This document shows, one piece after another, positions 7,448-15,794 of a DNA stretch of 64,000 bases. The notes below the pieces were generated by a model that was given only the letters and a program-made list of their open reading frames with translations, was not told where the DNA came from and did no database searches. A program made the translations under genes and the position numbers. This DNA comes from Oscillospiraceae bacterium. GTDB taxonomy: Bacteria > Bacillota > Clostridia > Oscillospirales > UBA929. Position 1 is the stretch's first letter. Each line of letters starts with the position of its first letter. The stretch covers positions 2,315 through 66,314 of the forward strand of contig JAVBPM010000005.1 of assembly GCA_031549605.1 (NCBI GenBank). Direction: 5' to 3'.

Positions 7448-9688
7448 TCAAAACCCGTCAAAATCAAAAGTCGATACCTCATCCAGCCATTGCCGCTCCT
7501 GCTCGCTCAGCGGCTGGCTGACAGCATCCTCCACTTGGTCGGCGCTCAACGCACGCAACTGTGCCAGCTGCTGACACACCATGCGCTTCTCGGCGGGTGA
7601 GAAGCCGGCCAACGCCCGGCGCAGGATTACCAACACCGGCACAAAGGCGTCCTCCTCAAGTGCCGCCATATAGTCGTCCAGCGCCTGCCACAGTTTGGAC
7701 AGCGACAGCAGCGCATAGTGATTGCGCGAGACCAGCCCTTCAAACCAGCGCGCACTGTCGGCCGGCAATGTGGCGGACGACAGTCGGTGGGTCATCAACG
7801 GCAGCCACCGTGTCTCGTCCATGCCGTCGCGCTCCAACAGCAGCGCCGCCGCCGTGCCCGCCAGCAGGGCATTAACACTCTGCCCGTCAGCCACGGCGTG
7901 CAACGCCTGACGCCACGCCTCGCCGTCACACAACGACGGGTGCTGGACGGCGGCCTCCTGCACCAGCCACAGCGCCTTTTGCACCGCTGCGGCGGCGTTA
8001 TCGTCACAGCCGCAACTGGTGGTTGCGATGCCCGTCGCGCGAACAAATAGCTGCGACAGCAACGGCTCCAGCGCCGTAGTATCGGTGTGTCGCAGTCCGC
8101 CAAACTTCACCGTCATGCTGAGCGTGTGCAGTGCCTCGGCCACTCCCTCAAGGCTGTCCTGTTGACCGGTAAAGTCGCGCAGTGCTTCAGCAGCGGCGCG
8201 CAGCGCGTCCGGCAGGCCGCACGCGGCCGCCGACTCGACAACAGCTGTAATATCGGCGATACATGTAACGCACTGTAATTGCTCGGCCAGCATCTCGCGT
8301 GCCGCCTTGTCAATCGTCTCGCCGCGCAGTGCGTTTTCGGCCAGCGCGATTTCGGTATCCGGCGTCCACTGCAGCGCATAGACTTCTTTCCACGTCGCAC
8401 CTGTCTGCCGCACCTGCTGACGCTTGCCAAAAGGCACCCCAAGCGCGGCCAAACGGTTGAGAAAGAAAAAACGATTGAGGTCAAGCCAGCGGCTCTGCAG
8501 ACGCTTGACCGCCGTGTTTTCGCGCAAGTCAAGCTGCAGTTCCTTGGCCACCGGCGTGCGGTAGCGCTCCAGTGTCAGCTGACGACACTGCCGCAAAAAA
8601 TCCTGCTGTATGGGCGCGCTCAGATGCTGCGTTGGCAGTGAGCCGGCCGCTGTGCCCACCTCGACGCGGTTGAGCGCCTCGGCTATCGGCGCCAGTTGAC
8701 CCTGTCCCAGGCAGGTAACCGCTGCGGCGCGCAAGTTGTCCAGTGTTGGCAACCGTTGGTTGCGTACCGATGCCAGCGCCAGTGAAAGCCGCGTTGCCTC
8801 CAGCACATCGGCGGCGGATACCGACCGACCCTGTTGCCGCAAGGTCTGTGCCAACTCAGCAAAAAACTGCACCGGAAGCGATTGCAGCGTATCGTCCCGC
8901 AGTGCACTCCACAGCAGTTCAAAGTAGCGAGGACTGTGGATGCCGGCTTCGTAGCCGGTTCGTGACGACAGTCGCAGATAGGTATAGGGCAGCGCCGTCA
9001 GCTGCACCGGCAGTCGCGGCAGGGCGTCGAGCTCGCTATCGCTCATCGGCGGCGCGTCTGTCAGCACCGACGCGTGATAAGCGCCACAGACGACCGCTAT
9101 GTCTTGGTCGGCCACGCCGCTGCGCCGCACGGTCTCGATTTTGCGGCGCATGTGGGCCTCGCGAACTAGGTTTTCCGGCGCGACCGGCTGTAAATCGCGC
9201 AGTCCTTGTCCCAGCTCGTACACCGCCTGCCGGTAGGCGGCGTCACTGCTGTTGTGCTCGAAGGCGGCTTCCCAATAGTCATCAAAGGTTTCATAGCCGT
9301 TGGCCGCTGCCAGTTGCCGGTAGAGATGCTGCACCGACCAGGTCGGCTGCTGGTCGTCTGCTGGTTTTCGTGCCGACAGCGCCAGAAAGACGCCGGTGGG
9401 CAAATCGATAAACTTGGCCTCGGCGCCATTCTCGGACGCCCAGCGCAGAGCGGTTAACTCGGGCGAGTAGTCGGCGTAGGGAAGCAGCAGCGATCGGACC
9501 GGCGGCTGGGCGGCGTAGGCCATGACCGCAACCGGCGGTTGCGTCTCCGCGTCAGTCAGCAGCGCAATCAGCTGTGTGACATCGCTGGGGCCTTCAACCA
9601 GAACGGCCTTGGGGCGCTGCCTGTCCAATGCCGCGCGCAGGTGGAGCGAGGCGGCCGGTGAAAAGTGCCGCACACCAAATACCATCAC
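7448..9688 (-). CDS. large uncharacterised protein, YehM/DUF5682-like
   Basis: 746-aa ORF. Size and position (between a MoxR-type AAA and a vWA gene) match YehM of the E. coli yehLMPQ cluster. The family name is recalled, not searched. Confidence 0.6.
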   Translation of the reverse strand: MMVFGVRHFSPAASLHLRAALDRQRPKAVLVEGPSDVTQLIALLTDAETQPPVAVMAYAAQPPVRSLLLPYADYSPELTALRWASENGAEAKFIDLPTGVFLALSARKPADDQQPTWSVQHLYRQLAAANGYETFDDYWEAAFEHNSSDAAYRQAVYELGQGLRDLQPVAPENLVREAHMRRKIETVRRSGVADQDIAVVCGAYHASVLTDAPPMSDSELDALPRLPVQLTALPYTYLRLSSRTGYEAGIHSPRYFELLWSALRDDTLQSLPVQFFAELAQTLRQQGRSVSAADVLEATRLSLALASVRNQRLPTLDNLRAAAVTCLGQGQLAPIAEALNRVEVGTAAGSLPTQHLSAPIQQDFLRQCRQLTLERYRTPVAKELQLDLRENTAVKRLQSRWLDLNRFFFLNRLAALGVPFGKRQQVRQTGATWKEVYALQWTPDTEIALAENALRGETIDKAAREMLAEQLQCVTCIADITAVVESAAACGLPDALRAAAEALRDFTGQQDSLEGVAEALHTLSMTVKFGGLRHTDTTALEPLLSQLFVRATGIATTSCGCDDNAAAAVQKALWLVQEAAVQHPSLCDGEAWRQALHAVADGQSVNALLAGTAAALLLERDGMDETRWLPLMTHRLSSATLPADSARWFEGLVSRNHYALLSLSKLWQALDDYMAALEEDAFVPVLVILRRALAGFSPAEKRMVCQQLAQLRALSADQVEDAVSQPLSEQERQWLDEVSTFDFDGF

Positions 9689-9699
9689 GGCTCTGCTTC

Positions 9700-10794
9700 T
9701 CAGCGTTCGGCGGCAGGCAGCAGCGCGGTGAGCGATTGGTATAAGCCCTGCCAGCCGGCGCGTTTTTTGACCACAGTGCTAAGATACTCGCGTAGCACGG
9801 CGGCGTCCTTTTGCTCATCCTTAACCACGGCACTCAACAGGCCGGGCGCGAGGTCGTTGTCGGTGATGCTGCCGCTGCCAAAGCAGCAGGACAGCGACAT
9901 GGCGCCCACCAGCAGACTGATAGCGTCGGCGGTCGACAGCACGCCGGACGGGCACTTTACGCGTTCACGGCCGTCCTCGGTCACGCCGGAGCGCAGCTCG
10001 CGGAACACGGACACGACCTTAGCGACGACCTCGTCACCCGGCTGCGCGCCACCTAGGTTCAGCGTATCGGACAGCTGCGCCACGCGGGTGGAAACAATAC
10101 GTTTTTCGTCCTCGGCGGTGGCCGGCGGTGGTAGCACCACCATGTTAAAGCGCCGTTTGAGCGCTGATGACATGGCGTTGACGCCGCGGTCGCGTGTGTT
10201 GGCGGTAGCGATGAGATTGAAGCCGCGAGCCGCTTTGACATCGGTGGCCAGTTCGGGTATGGCGATACTCTTTTCGCTCAGCAGGCTAATCAGCGCGTCC
10301 TGCACCTCGCCGGCGCAGCGGGAGATTTCTTCAAAACGGGCGATGGCACCGCGCTCCATGGCCTGATAAACCGGTGTCTTGACCAGCGCATCGGGCGTTG
10401 GGCCGTTGGCGATTAACAATGCGTAGTTCCAACCGTAACGAATTTGCTCTTCGGTGGTGCCCAGTGTGCCTTGCACCACCAATGTTGAGTCGCCGGATAT
10501 GGCAGCGGCCAGATGCTCGCTCAGCCACGACTTGGCCGTGCCCGGTTCGCCGATTAGCAGCAGGCCGCGGTCGGCCAGCAGCGAAGCGATGGCGATTTCA
10601 ACGGTGCGGCGGTCACCAATATACTTAGCGCTGATGTCCACGCCCTTGGCCTGTCCGCCCACAATATAGGTCAGCACGGCCTGCGGCGACAGCTGCCAGC
10701 CGTCGGGACGTGTGGCGGTATCGGCGGCGGCCAGCGCCTCGAGTTCGCGGCGATACAGCCATTCGGCCGGCTGACGCAGTACATTTTGGTTCAT
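9700..10794 (-). CDS. MoxR/AAA_5-type AAA+ ATPase, YehL-like
   Basis: Walker A LLLIGEPGTAKS, Walker B-like AIARFEEISR, sensor ATANTRD. Start set at ATG 10794 (GGGGTGG RBS); the ORF-track start at 10812 is a TTG. Confidence 0.85.
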   Translation of the reverse strand: MNQNVLRQPAEWLYRRELEALAAADTATRPDGWQLSPQAVLTYIVGGQAKGVDISAKYIGDRRTVEIAIASLLADRGLLLIGEPGTAKSWLSEHLAAAISGDSTLVVQGTLGTTEEQIRYGWNYALLIANGPTPDALVKTPVYQAMERGAIARFEEISRCAGEVQDALISLLSEKSIAIPELATDVKAARGFNLIATANTRDRGVNAMSSALKRRFNMVVLPPPATAEDEKRIVSTRVAQLSDTLNLGGAQPGDEVVAKVVSVFRELRSGVTEDGRERVKCPSGVLSTADAISLLVGAMSLSCCFGSGSITDNDLAPGLLSAVVKDEQKDAAVLREYLSTVVKKRAGWQGLYQSLTALLPAAER

Positions 10795-10808
10795 GTTGAC
10801 CACCCCAT

Positions 10809-11723
10809 TCAAAAATCCAGCAATGCGTTGTCCAAAAAGGGATACTGGCGCATAAAGCGCGGCAACTTAAGCGCTTGAATACAGGCGTCAAACAGTGCAA
10901 CATCGGCTGCGTGTCGTTCGGCAACCGTTGGTTGCGCCTTCTGCAACGCTTTTAACGCCGCTTTGTCACCCATCTGTACTAAGGCTTTCAGCGCCGCAAC
11001 GCGAACAACCTTATGGTTGTCAAGCAGTAGCGCCTCGAGGGTCGGACGCGCGTCCGGCTCCTTGCGCAAGCGATAGACCGCCTCAGACCGTAGCTCGCTG
11101 CAGCCGCGCTGCAGCACACGCTCAGTAAAACCACGATCCTTTTGGGCCGCCAACAGCCGAAAGGTGAGGCAGTTGCCTCGACGGCTGCTGGTCAACGTAA
11201 ACCGCGACTCAAGCGCGCTGACGGCGTCTTCGCCGATGCCCCGCAACGTCAGCGCGGCGAGTGTGGACACTTCGCTTGACTGACTGTGAAGTGCCATACA
11301 GAGCGAGGGCAACAGGCGCAGGTCGAACAGCTGGTTGCTGTCGAAGGCCCGCTGCAGCAGCTCGGCACGACCGGGTGCCGCTGTTGTCAATGCGGCGTGG
11401 AGGGCTGTCAGGTGGCTGTACGGCAATGTCGTGGTCAGCGCGCTACCTGCTGTACGCGGCGCTTTCGGCGTGGCAACCTGAGGTTGCTTACACTGCGCCA
11501 CCAGCAGCGCCTGTGTCAACGACAACGCGGCCAGCGGCGAGTCGCGCCCCTCGGAACACGCCAATACAAGTTGTTCGAGTCTTTGCAGTGCAGGTGTTTG
11601 GCTTGCCGCAACCTTTAGTTGCGCCGCCAGGCGCACCAACTGGGCATCGTCTTTTGCGGCGGCAGGGCCGGCAATGAGCAGCCGGCGCAGCTGCGTATGC
11701 AGCGCTGTTAACGTATCAGTCAT
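10809..11723 (-). CDS. all-alpha, HEAT/ARM-like repeat protein
   Basis: 304 aa, Ala/Leu-rich helical. The C-terminal DNHKVVRVAALKALVQMGDKAALKALQKA resembles HEAT_2/PBS-lyase repeats. Confidence 0.55.
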   Translation of the reverse strand: MTDTLTALHTQLRRLLIAGPAAAKDDAQLVRLAAQLKVAASQTPALQRLEQLVLACSEGRDSPLAALSLTQALLVAQCKQPQVATPKAPRTAGSALTTTLPYSHLTALHAALTTAAPGRAELLQRAFDSNQLFDLRLLPSLCMALHSQSSEVSTLAALTLRGIGEDAVSALESRFTLTSSRRGNCLTFRLLAAQKDRGFTERVLQRGCSELRSEAVYRLRKEPDARPTLEALLLDNHKVVRVAALKALVQMGDKAALKALQKAQPTVAERHAADVALFDACIQALKLPRFMRQYPFLDNALLDF

Positions 11724-11735
11724 CAGGCACCTCGC

Positions 11736-13160
11736 TTAGGCCAGGCGCAACAGGCCCTGCGGCCCGAGCAGCGACAACGGAGCCACCTGCAGGCTGCCGT
11801 CGCGGTAGGCAAAGCGGCCCAGAAGCGCCGAATACTGTGACAGGCGGCGACCCAGCAGCGATAGCACCGGCAGGGTGTCGGCCCAGCCACCGGAAACGGC
11901 GTTGGCCAGCTGAAACCACACAGTGCCGCAGCGCACGAAGTGGCCGCTCTTATCGGCAGAAAACTCGTCGCAGGAAAGCAACACATAGGGATGCCGACTA
12001 CAAAGCGGATTGATGAGCTGCTGCTTGACCTGACGGCAAATGTGCTCGCCGTCGGTCTGTCGGCATTGGCACGCGGCCTGCCAGTCGGCATCGTCCGGCG
12101 GTGTCATGGACGGCAACTCGTTCCAACGGATGCGACGGTTTTGGCCGGCCGTTGGATAGTGATAACACTGACGCACGGTCAGCATGCGGTCGCAGGAGTC
12201 TTCCTGTGGTACGTGCTGCACGGCGCGGTAAGGACGATAATTGACGCTTAGGTCAACGCGCGACTCCTCAAGGTTCAGCCACACGCCGAGGTCCTGATAG
12301 TGCAGTTCGGCCTCGTTGTCGTAGCAGGTGAAGGCCAGCTGCAGCAGGTGGGCTGTCGACGTATTTCCGATGGCCGCCAAGTCGCTCAGCTGCCACGCTG
12401 TGCCCAGTACGGCCTCGATTTCCGACGTAGTGTCGCGCGGCGCTTCAGGGTTGGCCAATCGGTCTTGCAGATAGCTGCGTCCACGCTGCACGAGGGCATG
12501 CACGCGCGCTGCGTCTTGACATACGATGGTATACATGGCCTCGGTGTCGGTCATGGCGAAGGTGTCCAACAGTTGTAGCAGAAGACCCTGCACGCCGGTC
12601 AGGTGGCAGTCGGCCAGCTGTTTGGTTTGGTTTTTCAGCGCCAGCAGCGTTTTTCCATTGACGGCTGCCAAGCCATTGGCGGTCAAAGCCTGCAGAACGG
12701 TTTCAGCCAGCGCTAACCCTTGCAGCTGTTGCTCAACCCGGCTGTTGCTGCGCGCGGTGCCGGCTGTTGTTGCTGCCGATGCCGCCGGCTTGGACTCGGC
12801 ACGTCGCGCCGCTTTTTCGCGCTTGTCAACCAACGGTTGCGGCAAGGCGGCGGTTGTAAACTTTCGGTTGCGCGCTTTGGCCAGCGTCAGCGCCAATGCA
12901 TGCTTGCACGGACGTTTGCGACTGGGGCAGCTGCAGCTGAAAGCGGGACTGGACTCGTCGGTAAAGTCGGCCGACACGGTGTAGCTGCTTTTGCCACTGC
13001 CGAGGCACTCACCAAAAAGGATGTGACCGTCGGGACTGCTATTCAGTTGCACCAGCTGGCCGGCTTGTTCTATCGCGTCGGCGTTGCGGAAGGAGGCCGG
13101 ATCGGGCGCTAAGGCCTTGACTACAGCTTCAGAAACGTGCACTTTGACCTCTCCCTCCAA
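11736..13160 (-). CDS. SWIM zinc-finger protein, YehQ-like
   Basis: CxCx7CxH SWIM signature FSCSCPSRKRPCKHALAL. The ORF-track start is a TTG. GTG at 13145 behind GGAGGGAGAGG is the likelier start. Confidence 0.8.
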   Translation of the reverse strand: MEGEVKVHVSEAVVKALAPDPASFRNADAIEQAGQLVQLNSSPDGHILFGECLGSGKSSYTVSADFTDESSPAFSCSCPSRKRPCKHALALTLAKARNRKFTTAALPQPLVDKREKAARRAESKPAASAATTAGTARSNSRVEQQLQGLALAETVLQALTANGLAAVNGKTLLALKNQTKQLADCHLTGVQGLLLQLLDTFAMTDTEAMYTIVCQDAARVHALVQRGRSYLQDRLANPEAPRDTTSEIEAVLGTAWQLSDLAAIGNTSTAHLLQLAFTCYDNEAELHYQDLGVWLNLEESRVDLSVNYRPYRAVQHVPQEDSCDRMLTVRQCYHYPTAGQNRRIRWNELPSMTPPDDADWQAACQCRQTDGEHICRQVKQQLINPLCSRHPYVLLSCDEFSADKSGHFVRCGTVWFQLANAVSGGWADTLPVLSLLGRRLSQYSALLGRFAYRDGSLQVAPLSLLGPQGLLRLA

Positions 13161-13320
13161 CCTTCTCTCTCTTCATCATACACCACCCATTAGGGCCTGT
13201 CAAACGACGCTACACCCTTTTTTTCGACATTTTTGGCACCGCTTGCGTTATGTCAACATAGACTGTAGTGGGTGCTGTCGGCAACGCCATCAGAACAACA
13301 TATATAAGGAGACATTGACT

Positions 13321-14394
13321 ATGGATTTGAAAAACTTTTATGAAAAGCTCGAGTTCGAGCCGACGGGAAAACCTCACAAGGAGGACCGCTGCTGCGGGTA
13401 TGACGGCTGTCACAAAAAGTGCGTCTGCATTTGCGAGGGCCCTAAAGGTGACCGTGGACCCTGCGGCCCCAAGGGTGAGACGGGCGATAAGGGCGAGCGC
13501 GGCCACAGGGGCGAGTGCGGCATGCCGGGTTGCCAGGGCGAGTGTGGACCTAAGGGCGAAAAAGGCGACAGGGGATGTCAAGGCGAGCGCGGCCCTAAGG
13601 GTGAGAAAGGCGAGCAGGGCAGCCGCGGTGAGTGCGGGCCCAAGGGTGAAAAAGGCGAGCAGGGTTGCCACGGCGAGCGCGGTCCTAAGGGTGAAAAAGG
13701 CGAGCAGGGCTGCCGCGGTGAGCGCGGTCCCAAGGGTGAAAAAGGCGAGCAGGGCTGCCACGGCGAGCGCGGGCCCAAGGGTGAAAAAGGCGAACAGGGC
13801 TGCCAGGGCGAACGTGGGCCTAAGGGTGAAAAAGGCGACTGTGGCGCTTGCGGCAGCGGCGAGCTGCTGGAAAACCCCGGCTTTGAGCACTGTCATTACG
13901 ACATTCCCTGCGGGTGGAAGCCCTGCTGCCAAGCCTGTGCCGATGATGCTGTGACAATGGCAACGGCGGACGGTCAGGCCGTTGAACCGGGCGAGGCTTT
14001 CCGACCCCACGCCGAGCGCAACATTGAGTGCGTCAACTGCGAGGGTACGGTTCACAGCGGCTGCCAAGCGGTGCGGCTAGAGGACAACGCCTGTTTATAT
14101 CAGACGGTCTACCGCGTTGAGAAAGACCGCTGCTATGCCTTCTCTTTCTTTGCCAAGGGCCAGGACGCCAAACTGACGGCTGAGGTGCTGTTTGAATCCA
14201 AGTGTAAGGATGAAACGGGCGCTTGCATCGTGGTGCGCGCCGGCGATTTGTGCTGTGACTGCTACGGCTATTACCGCGTCGTAACGTCCAAGGTGCCGTA
14301 CGACGTCGACTGCGTCACCGTGCGCTTTACCGTCGACGGCTGCGACTGCCGCGGCTATGTGCTGCTCGACGACGTTTCACTGACCGGCTGCTAA
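13321..14394 (+). CDS. Cys-rich collagen-like (Gly-X-Y) protein with a C-terminal jelly-roll/CBM-like domain; probable spore-surface or exosporium protein
   Basis: ATG 13321 behind AAGGAGA. About 47 uninterrupted GXY triplets (13438-13860). I count 37 Cys in 357 aa. The C-terminal domain is bracketed by ELLENPGFE ... VLLDDVSL. Confidence 0.85.
   Translation: MDLKNFYEKLEFEPTGKPHKEDRCCGYDGCHKKCVCICEGPKGDRGPCGPKGETGDKGERGHRGECGMPGCQGECGPKGEKGDRGCQGERGPKGEKGEQGSRGECGPKGEKGEQGCHGERGPKGEKGEQGCRGERGPKGEKGEQGCHGERGPKGEKGEQGCQGERGPKGEKGDCGACGSGELLENPGFEHCHYDIPCGWKPCCQACADDAVTMATADGQAVEPGEAFRPHAERNIECVNCEGTVHSGCQAVRLEDNACLYQTVYRVEKDRCYAFSFFAKGQDAKLTAEVLFESKCKDETGACIVVRAGDLCCDCYGYYRVVTSKVPYDVDCVTVRFTVDGCDCRGYVLLDDVSLTGC
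13582..13851 (+). repeat. six tandem 45-bp in-frame repeats encoding GE(R/C)GPKGEKGEQG(C/S)x
   Basis: Consecutive units GERGPKGEKGEQGSR / GECGPKGEKGEQGCH / GERGPKGEKGEQGCR / ...GCH / ...GCQ / GERGPKGEKGDCGAC, read directly from the sequence. Confidence 0.9.
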
Positions 14395-14410
14395 GTTGGA
14401 AAATCGGCGC

Positions 14411-14438
14411 AAAAGCCCCTGATTTCAGGGGCTTTTTT
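14411..14438 (+). terminator. rho-independent terminator of the collagen-like gene
   Basis: AAAAGCCCCTGATTTCAGGGGCTTTTTT lies 17 nt after the stop codon. Confidence 0.85.
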
Positions 14439-14504
14439 GCTGTTGAGCAACAGTTAAATATCTGCAACGAAAAAGGTTTTCCTTTTTTGGCTGTAGGGTG
14501 TACA

Positions 14505-15794
14505 ATGGGCGGTGAGGTGATGATTGTGGCTCGTAACACCCATCCCGATTGGCTGCGGCTTGACAACGCCGCTAAAATTTATCCGGCCACGCGCACGGAG
14601 GAATGGAGTGCCGTGTTCCGGCTGGCTGTTGTGCTAAAGCGGGACATCGACGCCGAGTTGCTGAAACAGTCACTGGACGTCGCGGTGCGCCGGTTTCCGT
14701 CGCTCTATGTGCAGATGCGGCACGGCGCTTTTTGGTATTTTCTCGACCGTCCGCCGGCGGGCATGGTTGTGCGTCCCGAGCCGGAGAGCATGCCACCCTG
14801 CCGGCCGTTACGCGACGCCGACGGCGTTGTGTTTCGCGTGCTGTACCACGGGCCGCGGCTGTCGGTGGAGTTTTTTCATGTGTTGACCGACGGCTCGGGT
14901 GCGATGGAGTTTCTCAAGGCGCTGACGGCCGACTACCTGACGCGCTGCGGTTTGCTGGACGAGCCGGTCAGCGGCGTGCTGTCGCTGCATGAGGATCCGC
15001 TGCCGCGTGAGTGGGAGGACAGCTTTGCCCGCTATGCCGACCCTGCCGCGCACGGCAGCCGCGCCGAGCCGCAGGCGTGGCAGGTGCCGGGCCAGCCGCT
15101 CAAGCAGCTGATGGTAACGCACGGTCTGTGCCCTGTTGCCGACATCAAGCGGGCCGCCAAGGCGATGGGCGTTACGATTACCGAGTACCTGACCGGTTTG
15201 CTGCTGACCATTTACAGCGGACAGAAAACCGATAACAGGCCGGTGAAAATTATGATCCCGGTCAATTTGCGCAACTATTTCCCCTCGTTTACACTGCGTA
15301 ATTTTTCGTCATATGTCAATGTTACGCAGGAGGAGGACACCGCTGATGTCGCTTCGGCCTGCCAATTGGCGCACCGTCAGCTGACCGAGCAGGCGCGCGC
15401 CGACGTGCTCAATCACCGCATGAGCCTCAACGTCAACAGCGAGCGCAATGTCTTTGTGCGCCTTGCACCGCTGCCGATTAAACGCCTTGTCCTCAAGGCC
15501 GCGTTTGCCATGTACGGCGAAAACTTATTTACCGCCTCGCTGTCAAATCTCGGATTGATTACGCTGCCGGAGGCGATGGGTCGGCACATTGAGCGCTTCG
15601 ATTTCACGCTGGGCGCACCCTATAAAAATGCACACGCCTTTGCCGTTATCGGCTTTGGCGACACACTGACCATTACCGTCACCCGTACCATTCGTGAGTC
15701 GTGGGTCGAGCGCGCGCTTTTTTCGCAGCTGAGCGCCGCCGGCGTGCCGGTGTCTATTATTGCCAACCAGGAGGTGCTGCCTGATGAAGTGTAG
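14505..15794 (+). CDS. HxxxD-motif acyltransferase (condensation / alcohol acetyltransferase-like superfamily)
   Basis: EFFHVLTDGSGAMEFLKAL contains the HxxxDG catalytic motif. The start is ambiguous (ATG 14505 or 14520; the ORF-track start at 14487 is a TTG). Confidence 0.65.
   Translation: MGGEVMIVARNTHPDWLRLDNAAKIYPATRTEEWSAVFRLAVVLKRDIDAELLKQSLDVAVRRFPSLYVQMRHGAFWYFLDRPPAGMVVRPEPESMPPCRPLRDADGVVFRVLYHGPRLSVEFFHVLTDGSGAMEFLKALTADYLTRCGLLDEPVSGVLSLHEDPLPREWEDSFARYADPAAHGSRAEPQAWQVPGQPLKQLMVTHGLCPVADIKRAAKAMGVTITEYLTGLLLTIYSGQKTDNRPVKIMIPVNLRNYFPSFTLRNFSSYVNVTQEEDTADVASACQLAHRQLTEQARADVLNHRMSLNVNSERNVFVRLAPLPIKRLVLKAAFAMYGENLFTASLSNLGLITLPEAMGRHIERFDFTLGAPYKNAHAFAVIGFGDTLTITVTRTIRESWVERALFSQLSAAGVPVSIIANQEVLPDEV

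Noticed and set aside
13296-13320. CATATATAA string upstream of the collagen-like gene resembling a sigma-E/sigma-K -10 (CATA…TA) box
   Set aside because: It abuts the RBS (AAGGAGA), and the ATG is only about 12 nt downstream. A transcript starting after it would lack the SD. No matching -35 could be defined by eye.
13582-13851. Regular 45-bp repeats that might look like a CRISPR array or satellite
   Set aside because: There are no unique spacers. The units are contiguous, in-frame, and encode collagen triplets within a CDS.
13210-14067. ORFs in other frames or on the other strand across the collagen repeat (13210-14067 minus, 13340-13954 plus, 13578-13778 minus)
   Set aside because: GXY-coding DNA (GGN-rich) is stop-free in several frames. 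Only the frame from ATG 13321 has an RBS, uninterrupted Gly-X-Y periodicity and a folded C-terminal domain.
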